Origin: Lophium mytilinum
Lineage: Eukaryota
Assembly: GCA_010093605.1 (NCBI GenBank)
Contig: MU004193.1
Span: 627,520 to 691,519 of the forward strand
Length of the DNA: 64,000 nt
Direction of reading: 5' to 3'
In this document: one piece after another, positions 14,068 through 26,623 of the stretch
Layout of the letters: each line of letters opens with the position of its first letter
Numbering within the stretch: the first letter of the stretch is position 1
Notes under the pieces: generated by a model
What the model saw: the letters and a program-made list of their open reading frames with translations, nothing else
Databases searched by the model: none
What the model was told of the DNA's origin: nothing
Made by a program: the position numbers and the translations under genes

Positions 14068-15872
14068 TCAAACACTCTCCTCTTTTTCTTCGGTCTTTGG
14101 CGCCGGAGCTGCACTCGGCCCGCCTTCATTCTTCCCCTTAATACTCTTCCACTCCACACCCACCGCCCCAAAAATCGTCGCACAGGCCATCGCCACGCCG
14201 ACGTAGAACGCGTGTTTGATGGCAATATTGTACCCTTCCAACACCGCGCCCAGCAGCTCTGGCTTGACGACGTGGCGCAAGTTCGTGGCACCGCTGTTCA
14301 CCACCAACCGCGCGTCCAAGCCAGCGATGTTCGACATACTCTTGACAAGCTGGTTCGCAAACACGTTCTGGCCCACCGACACGAAAATCGCACCGCCTAA
14401 GTTCTGTGCAAAGAACATGAGCGCCACGCCGCTCGACACGTCTTTCTTGTTCAGCACGCACTGTGCGGCCATGGTCGATTGTTGCATGCCGAAACCAAGA
14501 CCCAGACCAAAGAATACCTGGTACCCGATCCACATTGCATGGCCGGAGTTGACCTGCCACGTCGTGATCAGGCCGGCGCCGATAGGCATCAGGATCGACG
14601 AGAGTAGCATAGGTGGGGTGTAGTACCCAACCTTCTGTACGAAGCCTCCGGCTATGAAAGAGGCGACGACAAGACTGATAATGAGAGGAAGGATGTCGAT
14701 GCCGGACTTGGTGGGGTTGACGCCCTTGATGGCTTGGAACCAGATGGGGATGTAGAAAGAGAAGATGAGCATGGCGGAGGCGCAGCAGAACATGTAGACG
14801 AAGGCGAAGAAGATGCTGCGCTGCAAGAAGATGCGCGGTGGGACGGTCCCGGTGTCGCCTTTCCAGACTTGGATGGCGATGAAGGCGATGGAGAGGAGGA
14901 TGAAGAGGACTAGGAGAACGATGATACGCGCGCTGGACCAGGCGTACGTGCTGCCGCCCCACTGGAGCGCAAGAAGGAGGCAGATGATGCTGGGGAGAAT
15001 CGTGAGCGTGCCGAGTGGGTCGAGTTTCTGCAGCTGGGCTTTGAAGCTGAGGCCACGGTTGTCGTGGTCGCCTGCCTGGCGTGGAACTTTCAGGATGAGG
15101 ATCAGGATGGTCACGGCGACGGCGCCAACTGGGAGGTTGATGTAGAAGCACCAGCGCCAGCTGACGTGCTCTGTAAAGGCGCCACCGAGGAGCGGGCCAA
15201 TGACGCTGGCGATGCCGAAGACGGCGCCCATGCAGCCGATGAAGACGGGACGCTTTTGGAGGGGGATGGCACGAGTGATGATGACGATGCCGCCGTTTTG
15301 CATGCCGGCGGCTCCTAAGCCGGCGATGGCGCGGCCGATGATGAAGGCGACAGATGAAGGTGCAGAGCCGCAGACTGCGGAGCCGACTTCGAAGATACCG
15401 ATGCAGATTAAGAGTGTCCATTTGGGGTCGTAGAAGGTGTAGACGCGGCCGAAAATGAGCTGGAAGCTGCAGAGAGTGAGCAGGTAGGACGAGCCGTACC
15501 AGCCGATGTCGCCGAGAGAGTGGAAGTCGTCTGTGATACGAGGAATAGCTGTTGCTATAATGGTTTTGTCCTCGAGGGTTGTCAGTGATCGTAGTCGAAG
15601 ATTACGGGTGGACAGGGAGGACTTACGAGGGCCACAAGAAACATGGTCAAGTATATCGCTATCATGACCGGAATGATCTTGGCCATGCTAGGGAATTCAG
15701 ATGCATCTTGTGGTGGTGTTGGCGCATTCGATAATGCGGTTGGAGACTCCCTGGGAGAGGGATTGTCATTGTGAGTGGAGGCGGCATTGTGAGGCAATGG
15801 CTTCTCAGTGCTTTTGATGGTATCCTCAGAAGGGAAATGTTTGATTTGGTTTGACTCGGGAACTTCTGCCAT
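14068..15872 (-). CDS. MFS drug:H+ antiporter, DHA2/14-TM family (toxin-efflux type)
   Basis: Exons 15872-15627 and 15570-14068; intron 15626-15571 is GTAAGT...CTGAC...GAG. Motifs [29 protein letters not shown] and [10 protein letters not shown]; 582 aa. Confidence 0.93.
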
Positions 15873-17162
15873 TGTGAGGGAATGTTCGAAAGACGGTCCA
15901 ACGGTATGAGAGAATTAATGCAGTGGTCGGATGTCGGAGAGAAGCGACGTTACTAGTGGCGGTGGAGTAACAGGAAGCGGCGCCCCAGGCTTTATAGATC
16001 TCGAGCTTGATTGCAACCACGTACTTTAAAGCGTACTACGGGGCCATAAACGCCGCTGAAGGTGCTCGGGAGCCAAAGACCACCGACGACGTCACGTGCA
16101 CGACCTTCGGGACCGAAGGGCTGTAGATCATCTAGCCCCTACGAGTCTAGTGGCTCGCGTTCAGCTCGCGTTACTAAGGAAATTCACCAATCAATTGCTG
16201 GACATATTATTAGTGTACGAGCATCCTTGACACTCTGCATATTGACGCCTGGTGCTCCAAAGACCACGCCTTTTTTTGCCCGAGATGATGCGTATAATGA
16301 TGCATGCCGAGTTTGTAGCAGAGATGACTTACGCCTTTACAATCTCCGCGAGGAATCCAAGCTCGCGTTCTCGCGTTCTCCCGTTGACTCGTCACGCTAG
16401 AGCCAGCTGCTTATCCCCATCAAGAAAAGCCTGGAGTGTCAAGGTGAGTTCCGCGAATATCTAAATAGGGGTGCTGTAAGTTCGGCCCCGAGTTGTGAAG
16501 GATGAAGTGAACGACTTGAGACAGTGACCAGGCTGCCTAGGTAGGTAGCATATTGTCATGGTACCGTACTTCGTGTTGGTCTTTGTTCCACACTCGGTGA
16601 TCTTGCAACCGAGCCAATAAGGTCGAGTCGCACTCGTGGACTTCTTTCTGATTAGCTACACACTCTTAGAATTACGATGCTCGGAAGTAAAACTACAAAT
16701 CATGTGCACAGCTGCTAGGGTACTAGAAAACGACTCGAGAGGTGGAACTAGCGGGGTGAATGGTTGCGTTACCTGGAGCAATATACGAGCATCCCCGCAG
16801 CGGCCGAACGGAGTACGCCATCTAAGTCCGAAGAAAGTACTGTTGGGGGGCCTTAGCCTCTTCAGAGGTACCGCAGTTCATAGTACTGACTCTTTGAAGT
16901 GGACTGGCAAGTTAGCAACCAGACTGTCTTTGTCCCAAGCCACAGGCCGAAAAAGATCGTTGAAGTAGCCTTGATATTGGTGAGCGATTGTGTATGCAGG
17001 GGCTATGGTCAGGTTGTAGATTCAGTCCCGGGAAGAACGGAACAGGGCATTCCAGCATCCAGCGATGTCTCATACGACGAACCAACAAGCACGTATAGCA
17101 ACACCGCCGACCCCTCTGACGACGCAGCCTAAAGCGCCGCGCGCCTCACACCCGAATCTCTC

Positions 17163-17960
17163 CTACAACTCCAGCACATTCTCCAACTCCGCCGCCGCCC
17201 TCTTCTTACTCTTCTCCACCTCCTCCCGACACTTCTCCATCTCCGCCTTCTCCTTCCCAATATCCGCAATCAGCAAATCCAACTCCTCCCTCTTGATCCT
17301 GTAATACTCCTCCTCGGACTCCTCCTCCGAGATCACCGGCTGCAACACCGCTTCTTCATCCACCACGTCCGGCAGCTCAACGTCTCCGCCCGTCATCTTC
17401 GAAGCCTGACCAGTGCTTTTAGAACGCAGGCTCGCACGTTCGTCGTCCACAGCCTCCACAGGCAACTCCGGCAGCGCGCGAACCAGTCCATGAACAGTAT
17501 CCGGAGACCCATAGTCACTGTACTCCTCCAGCGTCCAATTGCTTTTCTTGAACTGCTCGTAGATGGGGAGATGCTCCGGCGTTTTGGGTTCGGGGTCGGG
17601 CGTGGTGGTGCCTTCAGCGCGATGGCGGACGATCGTGACGGGTGTGATGTCGCGGCTGGAGAGCAAAATGGGCATGTCCGTCAAGATGGGGCCATCTATC
17701 CGCGGGGGAGAGTCATTCGTACGACGAAAGGATGAAGAGGGTGATTGCTTTTTTACGGCGGAGGGAGACGCGCCGTTTGGGTTGGAGAGGTGGAAGGCCT
17801 TTGAGGCGGACCTCTGAGCTTTGGAGGCGAGCTTTGAGAAGGTGCGGCGCGGTTTGGCGTCGGGGGATATTTCGGTGACTGAGTGGATGATGTCTTTTGG
17901 AGTTGAGAGCTTTTGGGAGACTGGTTTGCGAGGCATAAGCTTGGGGGAGATTGTAGACAT
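17163..17960 (-). CDS. Hypothetical low-complexity protein with C-terminal coiled coil
   Basis: Long open frame; likely ATG at 17960 (MSTISPKL); acidic/charged heptad-like C-terminus. Confidence 0.6.
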   Translation of the reverse strand: MSTISPKLMPRKPVSQKLSTPKDIIHSVTEISPDAKPRRTFSKLASKAQRSASKAFHLSNPNGASPSAVKKQSPSSSFRRTNDSPPRIDGPILTDMPILLSSRDITPVTIVRHRAEGTTTPDPEPKTPEHLPIYEQFKKSNWTLEEYSDYGSPDTVHGLVRALPELPVEAVDDERASLRSKSTGQASKMTGGDVELPDVVDEEAVLQPVISEEESEEEYYRIKREELDLLIADIGKEKAEMEKCREEVEKSKKRAAAELENVLEL

Positions 17961-18289
17961 GGCGGAAAATATGGGCGGTAGGTCATTCGAAAGGTGTAAT
18001 GTAAAGAGATACCTCTGGGAGAGGAGGGGGCGTCCTAGAGGTAGGATGTGGGGCCGAAGAGCTGGACTAATAATGGATGTAGTAAATCCATGGATCGCGT
18101 CGCGACTAAAATGACGTGTACTATTTACGCGGAGCCACTCATTCGAAGAGAGAACCACCAAAAAGATACATTAGAATTACAGGAATAGACTATGACAGGA
18201 CCCCAGCTCTGATCTAACTCCAAAAATAGATAGAAAGACGAATGAAATTACAAGACCTAACAGCATATCAGGACATCATGCCGAAGTCG

Positions 18290-18628
18290 TCAATATCGCC
18301 GCATGCCGTCCGCAACACTATCCGATTCACGGACAACCTCGTGATATGTCGGCGCGTTTTCGTATGCTGGAGGCATTTCTCTCTCTTCGCTCGAACTGCG
18401 TCGTCTCTCTCCTTGTGCTTCGATCTCCTTTGAGGTTTGCGCGTTCTCGGAGGTACGGCCATTCCGCGGCATAGATCGGGTGGCGGATTGAGCTGTCGAT
18501 AGGCGATGTTCCTCGTAAACGGGGGGCTCTGTGAGAGCTTGGGCAGCCTTTTCTGCTTTGCGCTGCTTGCGCTTCTGGTTCAACTTGTCGGCACCGATTA
18601 CAATGCCTGTAAGGACGAGGGCGGCCAT
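18290..18628 (-). CDS. Small hypothetical protein with PY motifs (112 aa)
   Basis: Hydrophobic N-terminus followed by a basic stretch; PPVY, PPAY and PTY motifs. Confidence 0.7.
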   Translation of the reverse strand: MAALVLTGIVIGADKLNQKRKQRKAEKAAQALTEPPVYEEHRLSTAQSATRSMPRNGRTSENAQTSKEIEAQGERRRSSSEEREMPPAYENAPTYHEVVRESDSVADGMRRY

Positions 18629-19473
18629 TGTGTTCTTGGAGTGATAGAAAGATTATATCTGAGCACCCGTTGTTAGCTTTCATACCGGTAGCAGGGATAT
18701 ATGTAAAGGATTAGGGATAGGGGAGGGAGATCATTGCTTCGTTTGAGGCGAGTAGTGCTGGAAACATACCTAGGAAGAGGGTATAAGTGGAAAAGAGATC
18801 GAAAAGCAAGTTGTCGTGGAAAAAATGCGATGTTTGAAGCTGTTGCTGTTGTCCGATATGCAACTCATGAGCAGTCTGGCGGTTTATATATGATAGCTTT
18901 CATGTAGTTCCCCACTCGCGAGGCGGTGATAGCTTCGGGGCGAAGGCTGAGATCCCTGGTGTCGTCACTGATAATCTGACCAATTAGAGCGACGCTGGCT
19001 CGCGCAGTATTTGAGTTCCTCGCACAGCCCCAATGCCCCTAAACTCAACACAGACAACCCAGCGAGACCCAGTTGACTCTAATCGACTCTCACCAGATGT
19101 TATTTGAATTCCGAATCTTTGTTACGAGCAGAAACAGCCTCAGCTGAGCATCCGCGTCGCGTCCGCCGCTGGCGCAGTCAGTTCTAGTTGATGAGAGCGC
19201 ACAGAACAACGACCTCCTTACGCGTTGCTGCACCTGGGCGCGATGACAAATTAACAACTTTTCACATCTTTTCTCGACGCCTCTGCAAACTCTCCAAGGT
19301 ATGCACGTCAATATCAGGAGGTAGTGTCTTCATAGGAGAGCCAGCGTAGGTGCTCTGTCGGTGATGGCCCGCGAAGGCGGCCTGCATTCCGACTTCCTTG
19401 AATATTCTAAAGTTGGCCAAGGCTTACTGAGCATCTCAGTACAAGTCGATGCTCATGCTGGCCCTTTGATTTT

Positions 19474-19699
19474 CTGGGGATGGTGAGCAGATACTCAACC
19501 GGAACATGGATCGCTGAACATTGGCCCTCAGAACCCTCTTACTCCTGTGTGGCTTTTGATAATCCTGGATGGTAAGTCTGCAAATAGAAAAGAATCATGT
19601 CCAATGGCGTCTGCCCGGGTCCTGGGGAACTGCATGTCTCAATATCGGGTGGTATGAGAACCTGACCATTAGGATGGTAGAGACATGGCAATTCTGGGG
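19474..19699 (+). promoter_or_regulatory. Three CreA/Mig1-type SYGGRG sites upstream of the sugar transporter
   Basis: CTGGGG at 19474, 19622 and 19694, two with AT-rich 5' flanks; TATAAAA at 20214. Short motifs that may occur by chance. Confidence 0.35.
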
Positions 19700-20320
19700 A
19701 CGAGACCCGTGTCGAAGGGACGAGTTACGATGTTCCTCAAGCTGTGCAACCTCGCATCTGCAAAAACATCAAGCAGGCCTCATGCTGTTGGTTCTGTCGT
19801 CGGTTGGAATGCAATCGCGACCCAGAAATCCGTTTTGGGATGGCTACATTCTTTTACCCCAGGCCCGGATCGGGTTGACCACGCCTTTGTTGCAGGAGCT
19901 GGGAATTGACATTTCTTAGCAAGCGCGAACCACGAACACGTAGAAGAGATTGCGCGTAGTCATTCCTGTCGTTAGAAAATTCTTAGAGCTGTCATGGTAG
20001 GTAAATAAAGAGAATAGAGTACTCATTTTACGACGAGTATGCAGCAACATCACACACTGCATAATGCCTTGTTGACTTGGTTTCTTTGTTGTGGATAAAT
20101 CTCCATCGTCACTTTCCTAAAGCGTCCTCACGATGTGCTCACGAGACCCAGTTCGCACCTGCGGATTTACCGCACGCGGTCTTGTTGATCTTTCTTCCGT
20201 TTTCGCGCGCTTCTATAAAACCTGCACGCCTCACCTACTCATTCCAACCTGCCACCTACAATCCATCAACCAGCAAACACTTACCGCATCTAGTCAACTT
20301 CTACACTAACTACTTGCATC

Positions 20321-22258
20321 ATGAGCCGCTGGGCTCCGTCCTCCAACCGTGCAACCGGCGACCTCAACCGCGTTGAGGCACCGGTTACCCTTCGAGGCTA
20401 CCTACTTTGCGTAAGTCGCTGTGGTCCTACGCATCGCCATGCCTCTGAGTAGACCCTTGCCTTTAGGTCCTCGAGGTGTTGAATATGTCGATTTCTAGTG
20501 AAGTAAAGGCTAACGTTCTCGTCTAGGCTTTCGCAGCTTTTGGTGGTATCCTGTTTGGCTATGATTCGGGTTATATTGGTGGCGTTCTCGCCATGAACTA
20601 CTTCAAGCAGCAATTTGGGCGTAAGCGTCGCCTATCTCTACTTCAGTTCAAACTCTCTTATCGTTGTTCGAAGTACTTCGAGATATTCCAAAGCTCATCA
20701 AATCACAGATCACCAGCTCCACGACGCTGATGCCTACAATGGCTACAACTACGACAGCTGGCAGAAATCTCTCATCACCTCAATCCTCAGCGCCGGTACA
20801 TTCTTCGGAGCTTTATTTGCTGGGTCTCTTGCCGACTGGATTGGTCGTCGATCTACGATTATTGCGGGGTGCGGTGTTTTCTCCGTCGGTGTCATACTCC
20901 AGGTTGCGTCCACCACGGTCAGCTTGCTCGTTCCTGGCCGGCTCATTGCTGGCATCGGCGTCGGCTTCGTGTCGGCAATCATCATCTTGTAAGACCACAT
21001 GCTCGTCTTCTGTCGCAGTACTAAACGACCACAGGTACATGAGCGAAATCTCGCCCAAAGCCGTCCGAGGTGCGATAGTCTCAGGGTACCAATTCTCAAT
21101 CACCATTGGTCTTCTCCTAGCTTCCTGTGTCGACAAGGGCACCGAGAATCGCATGGACACTGGCTCCTATCGCATCCCCATGGCAATTCAATGGGTTTGG
21201 GCGATCATCCTTGCTGTCGGTCTCTTTCTTCTTCCAGAATCTCCACGCTACTATGTCAAGAATGATAAGATGGACGAAGCTGCGAAGGCCCTCAGCCGTC
21301 TTCGTGGTCAGCCAGTAGACTCTGCCTACATCCAGGACGAGCTTGCCGAGCTCGAAGCCAACTATCGCTACGAATCGGAGAACATGCATAGCAGCTGGAT
21401 CGACTGCTTCCGTGGAGGGTGGAAGCCTTCCGGAAACCTTCGTCGCGTTATGCTTGGCATGGCCATGCAAATGATGCAGCAATGGGTACGCCCTTCTCTT
21501 TCTTGACTCTCTTTTGCCTACGCTAACGAACAGGAAAGACCGGTGTGAACTTCGTCTTCTACTACGGTACTACGTTCTTCCAGCAGGTCGGAATCCAGAA
21601 CGCATTCACCATCTCCATCATCACCACAGTCGTCAACGTATGCTCGACTCCGCTCTCTTTCTGGACGATCGAGAAGCTCGGACGTCGCACCCTCCTCATC
21701 TACGGCGCCGTCGGCATGCTAGTCTGCGAGTTCATCATCGCAATCGTCGGCACCGTCGCTCCCGAAGCGCACGCCGCCAACCTCGTCCTAATAATCTTCA
21801 CCTGCTTCTACATCTTCTTCTTCGCCTCGACCTGGGGCCCCGCAGCCTGGGTCGTCATCGGCGAGATCTTCCCCCTGCCCATCCGAGCCAAGGGCGTCGC
21901 GCTCTCCACCGCGTCGAACTGGCTTTGGAATTTTGTCATCGGTTACATCACCCCTTACATGGTCGATGCCAACCAGGGTGATCTCAAATCTAAGGTGTTC
22001 TTTGTCTGGGGCACGACTTGCACGCTGTGCGTCTTCTTCGCTTACTTTTTCGTTCCGGAGACGAAAGGCCTCAGTCTTGAGCAGGTCGACCGCATGCTCG
22101 AGGAGACGAACCCCCGTAATAGCGCTAAGTGGGTGCCGCATGATACGTATGTGGGCCGTGGCGCTCGCGATGGTGTTAAGATGGCCTCGTTGGGCTCTGA
22201 TGGCGGTGCGGACCACCTGGAGAAGGTTGATAAGCACTCGGAGGCTACCCAGGTCTAG
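20321..22258 (+). CDS. MFS sugar porter (high-affinity hexose/glucose transporter type)
   Basis: Exons 20321-20410, 20527-20620, 20709-20988, 21035-21485, 21539-22258. Motifs FGGILFGYDSG, DWIGRR, PESPR, QQWTGVNF and PETKG. Confidence 0.95.
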
Positions 22259-22649
22259 TCGGTATTGAGGAAGCCTTGGAATACACTGTCCGCGGGAAGG
22301 GCTCCGGTAAAAAGGTGGATCTTGCGGTATTGGTACGGTCAGGCGTTTCTGTAACGGCGGGGCGTTAACGTCGGTTGAGGAAAAGGGTTCATCAGCGTTC
22401 GGTCCAAATGAGGCGTTTGAGTGGCTGTTTGTTAGCGCTTACTATAGGTTATAGTCTTCGGTGCTGATTTATGTCTAGCCTCTGGGGGATCCCAGGAGAC
22501 ATGGCTTGTTCTAAACCCGGCACGAAAACGTTAGTAGTTCTTCTTTTTGGTCTTCGTGCTGTGATACGTGACATACGTCTTCCTTCAAATCTGATGGATT
22601 CGATGATGCCGAGGATAATCTTTAAAGTAAGGCATATTTCTTACTGTAA

Positions 22650-23715
22650 GCAAGGCGCCCTAGATCAAGTCGCCGTCAAAAGGGTAAGAAAGACCTACCG
22701 GGGCACTTCTGTAGAAACAATGCGGGCTCTAGTTTACAAAGAGTCACATTTCTAACCGTGTGAAATATGTTTTGTTAGACGCAGCGTAGTTACTTTTGTA
22801 CCTAAATTGGGGGGGCCTAAATCAGGTCACCGGTTAAAGGTTTCAAAAAGGCTACCGGAGAACCGCGAGAGGGAGATTGTGAGGCCTAGTTACAAAGAGT
22901 CACATTTCTAACCGCGTGAATAGTTCTTATCAGACGCGGTGTTGTTACTTCTTGTAACCGAAGCTGGGTGCACTAAATCGGGTCGCCGGTAAAAGGATAA
23001 GAAAAGGCTACAGAAGCACCTCAGTTGAGGTACGAAGAGGCCCAGTTACAAATAGTCACATCTCTAACTGCGTGAAATATTTCCATTACACTCGGCGTTA
23101 TTAGTTTTTGTCGAAGTAAGGGGCTCTAAATTAGGCCGCCAGTCAGAGGATGAGAAAGAGCTACTGAAGTGCTTCCACGGATAGATTACAATGCCTAGTT
23201 ACAAATAGTCACATTTCTAACCGCATGAAATATCTTTTGTTAGACGCGGAGGGCCACGCGGCCGAGTCGCTTTTTGTAACTGAACCTTGACGTCCTGGAT
23301 CAGATCGTCGCCAAAACGATGGAAAAGGCCTTCTAGAGTACCTCCGTTGAGGTACTTGGAGGCCCAGTCACAAATAGTCACATTTCTAACCGCGTGAATT
23401 TCTAACCGCGTGAAATTATTTTTATAATTAAAGCAAGACGTCCTAGATCAGGCTGTTGCCAAAAGGATAGAGAAAGCGTTCTGGGGCGCCTCTGTTGAGG
23501 TACTAAGAGGCCTAGTTATAAATAGTCACATTTCTAACCGTATGAGCCATTTTTTGTTGCACGCGGAGGGCACGCAGTCCAGTCATTTTCTGTGACTGAA
23601 GTCAGACGCCCTAGATTTGGTGCGCACGAAAAGGATGAGGAAAGCCTTCGGGAGTACCTCCATAGTGATACCGCGAAGCCTAGTTACAAAGAGGCACATT
23701 TCTAACCGCGTGAAA
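22650..23715. repeat. Diverged tandem array, 7 units of ~148-169 bp with conserved ~35-bp core
   Basis: Core C(T/C)AGTTACAAA(G/T)AGTCACATTTCTAACCGCGTGAA starts at 22729, 22886, 23042, 23195, 23364, 23512 and 23680. Confidence 0.95.
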
Positions 23716-23820
23716 CAGGTAGTCGTCGGTCTGCCATTGCATTGCGCTTCTCTACTTTGACGTAAGAGATAAGGATAGCTCGGACGGATTCCGTATGATT
23801 GACATGTTCATTCAGACTAC

Positions 23821-24624
23821 CTAGTGCCATGTTTCCTGCAATAAGCCATGATCCCCAGCGGTCTTCAGTACCCAACTATTGATGCACGCCTTTCCCGAAT
23901 ACTCACTTACATCTCGAAACACTTTACCCCCACACCTTTCCAGCAGCATCGCCGCTCTCTCATCCATACTAGCACACAATCTCAACCTCGCAACATCACC
24001 TGGCACAAACCTATCCGCATCCTTACTAAAGCCAGGCAGCGTTGTATCATACTCCGCCATCACAAGCCCACCACTACTCGGCCATGCGACGCACACCCAG
24101 AACCTCTCGCTCGCCGTCGGCTCCGGCTCCGTCCCTTCTTCCAGCGCGTCACGACAGCCTGCCTCATACAACTTCGCATCTAAGAGCAACGAAAAGCGGG
24201 CTCGGGAGTCCCACCACTTCGCCCCGAGGAGCAAGAGTCGCTGGCAAAACGCGTCCTCCTGCGTTGAATCCTCATATCGTTTTTGAGGTGGACGCAGGCG
24301 ATCGAGACCGAGGAAGTCAAAGTCGACGGTTCCTGCGTCTTCGAGGACAATTACTCCGCCTCGACTTGGCCAGCCGTAGATGAAGAGATCTGAGTCCGAG
24401 ATAAAAAAGCGAGATGTGACATCCTCCAGACACTTAGGGGGCGGTGATCCAAGACCTTGTCGCGGATGGATCGGCTTCTCGATGGGCGGCTCGATGGGGT
24501 GGGAGGGAGCGAATAGCTGTGAGCGGGAAGTTGGCTGCGATTTTGGCGTAGAATTGTTGCTGCCACTGAGGGATTGATACGAATAGGAATTTGTGGACCT
24601 TGGGAAATCGACGGTCGATGTAGC
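23821..24624 (-). CDS. Conserved fungal hypothetical protein (5' end unresolved)
   Basis: Stop-free frame 24624-23821 encodes FIYGWPSRGGVIVL..DFDFLGLDRL..EDAFCQRLLLLGAKWWDS..WPSSGG..ASMDER. There is no ATG in its 5' part, so an upstream exon is needed. Confidence 0.7.
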   Translation of the reverse strand, partial: ATSTVDFPRSTNSYSYQSLSGSNNSTPKSQPTSRSQLFAPSHPIEPPIEKPIHPRQGLGSPPPKCLEDVTSRFFISDSDLFIYGWPSRGGVIVLEDAGTVDFDFLGLDRLRPPQKRYEDSTQEDAFCQRLLLLGAKWWDSRARFSLLLDAKLYEAGCRDALEEGTEPEPTASERFWVCVAWPSSGGLVMAEYDTTLPGFSKDADRFVPGDVARLRLCASMDERAAMLLERCGGKVFRDVSEYSGKACINSWVLKTAGDHGLLQETWH

Positions 24625-25562
24625 TCAAGATTGAGAGACTATGGCGTGCTTTAGCTGACGCAAGAATCAGCCTGAACTCCTTTCTTGATACTCACATGAT
24701 AAATGTGAGAGCGACGGCTGTGCTGATGTATCGTGCTTCACCGCTCCAATCCACGTCGCGGAAGCGAGTCAATGTGAAAGAGAAACCGCGCTTGAAGGAG
24801 TCGTGTATTGCGGCACAGCAGGTTGGGGACGCTATCATCGTGACTGTGACGAGGGAAAACGGACAGGTCTCTCTGGAGCGGCTTCCAGATTTCTAGAAGC
24901 ACAATATACAGTTGTTGCTGGCTACAAACGGATGACATGGGACAGATTGGTGCAGGTTTTACCTTGTGTTGCTTTGGTACTTTTGAATCAGTTGAGTTGG
25001 TCCTGGGACAGAGGGACATTGGCACGCGGGGTGGCACCCTCCACCTAGATTTATATATACACGAAGTCAAGCTCGGCACCTGCTCACGCCGCTCAATAGT
25101 CGAGGTTTGTGAGTCCGTTCCCACGCGTGATTAGCTCATATACTGACTTTTTTCATGGTGTTGCAGTGCGGTCTTATCAGCACCAGATTGTGCCATCTTG
25201 ATTTGGACTAGCGTCATTCGTCCCTATTACTTAGCTATCGCTTCGCCCAACGCTCCGAGGCCATTCTCTTCCTCTCGAGATCTATATTGCCAGTTTACAC
25301 TTCAGTGCCACCATTTCCATTCATTGTTCAGGATTCAAAACGATGCATATTTCAACGACTTACAACCCCTACTAGGCTACCAGTCTGAGTTCTCTCATAG
25401 TACATGTTCTTGCTTCGATTTATCGAATCTCACGTTGCAGGAGGGAGCTACAACGGTCTCCCGAGGTGAACCTCAATCGTTGACGCCCATTTCATCATTT
25501 CATATCTTACAAGTCTCATTCAGAGTGGAGTATCATCTCATCCTTCCCTCCCCTATCCCCCC

Positions 25563-26261
25563 TCACACCTCCTCCCTCCAAGCATACTCCTCCAACTCCG
25601 CCACCCACTCCGCCGCCTTCCTTCCCACCAACCTCTCCACAACATGCAACGTCGCATCCAACCCACAACTCACGCCGCCCGCCGTAATCGTCACCAACCC
25701 CTCCCCCTCATTCTCCACCCACCGCTTCCTCACCACCTCCGTCGCCCCCGCGCCCGTCTCCTCGCTCGCCTGCGCACACAGCATCTTCAGCCCCTCCAAC
25801 CCCAGAAAATGCGTCGTCGCCCGCTTTCCCCCCAGCACCCCCGCCGCCGCCAGCAGAAACGCCCCCGTGCACACCGACACCAGGAACCGCTTCTTGCCCT
25901 CCCCTTCCTTCGCCTCCGCCAGCCGCGCGAACTCCCGGATCACGCCGAGCTCCTCGGTCCCGGTCTTGGCGAGCGCGAGCATGATCTCCGACCCGCCGCC
26001 CGGCACGATCAGGATGTCGTAGGAGGCGAGGTTGGCGCGCACATCGGCGAGGGAGGCGGCGGGGACGAGGGTGAGGGTGCCGTTTTCCGAGGAGACGGGG
26101 TTGGTGGCGCTGAAGGTGGTAACAGCGAAGGCGCGCGGGCCGGTGGGGTCGGCGTTGGTGGTGGTGTTGTTGAGGATTTCGGCGGGGCCGGCGAAGTCGA
26201 GGATGTCGGCGCCTGGGAAGAGGAGGATGGCGGCGCGGAGGGGTGGGGTGGGGGTGGACAT
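25563..26261 (-). CDS. DJ-1/PfpI (ThiJ) family protein, 232 aa
   Basis: Motifs LLFPGADILDFAGPAE, DILIVPGG, SVCTGA (nucleophilic Cys), RATTH and TAGGVSCGLD. Confidence 0.92.
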   Translation of the reverse strand: MSTPTPPLRAAILLFPGADILDFAGPAEILNNTTTNADPTGPRAFAVTTFSATNPVSSENGTLTLVPAASLADVRANLASYDILIVPGGGSEIMLALAKTGTEELGVIREFARLAEAKEGEGKKRFLVSVCTGAFLLAAAGVLGGKRATTHFLGLEGLKMLCAQASEETGAGATEVVRKRWVENEGEGLVTITAGGVSCGLDATLHVVERLVGRKAAEWVAELEEYAWREEV

Positions 26262-26623
26262 TTCGGTGGAGGGGGTGGAGAGTTTGGTGGGATTGGGGTT
26301 TTTGGGACTGTGGGGGTGGGGAAAGCACTTGTGGGTGGGACATGGGATTGGAAGACTGGGTTGAGGTTGTAGGGGAGATATAGGAGAGTATAAGTATAAT
26401 CTTGGGAAGTACCTAGTAGATGAGACTGTTTGAGCAAGTATGACCGTATACGGCTTCCTTTGTGCGCCCTTTACCCCGCTGCCCAGGCTGACATGCATAT
26501 ACGGGCGTATCGTCAAACTGCGCCCTCCGACTCGGGAAGCAATACTAATCTGGAAATACAGACGCGTTTAAAGGAATCAGATCTTATAGTCGCGTCGCAA
26601 TGCCCGTGTGCCAAGACTCGAAC

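Noticed and set aside
14138..15421. 427-aa His/Arg-rich ORF and similar long overlapping ORFs (e.g. 25198-26022, 25644-26372, 62175-62864)
   Set aside because: Shadow or antisense frames of GC-rich real genes.
22729..23715. CRISPR array
   Set aside because: Spacers are ~120 bp and homologous to one another, there are no cas genes, and the context is eukaryotic.
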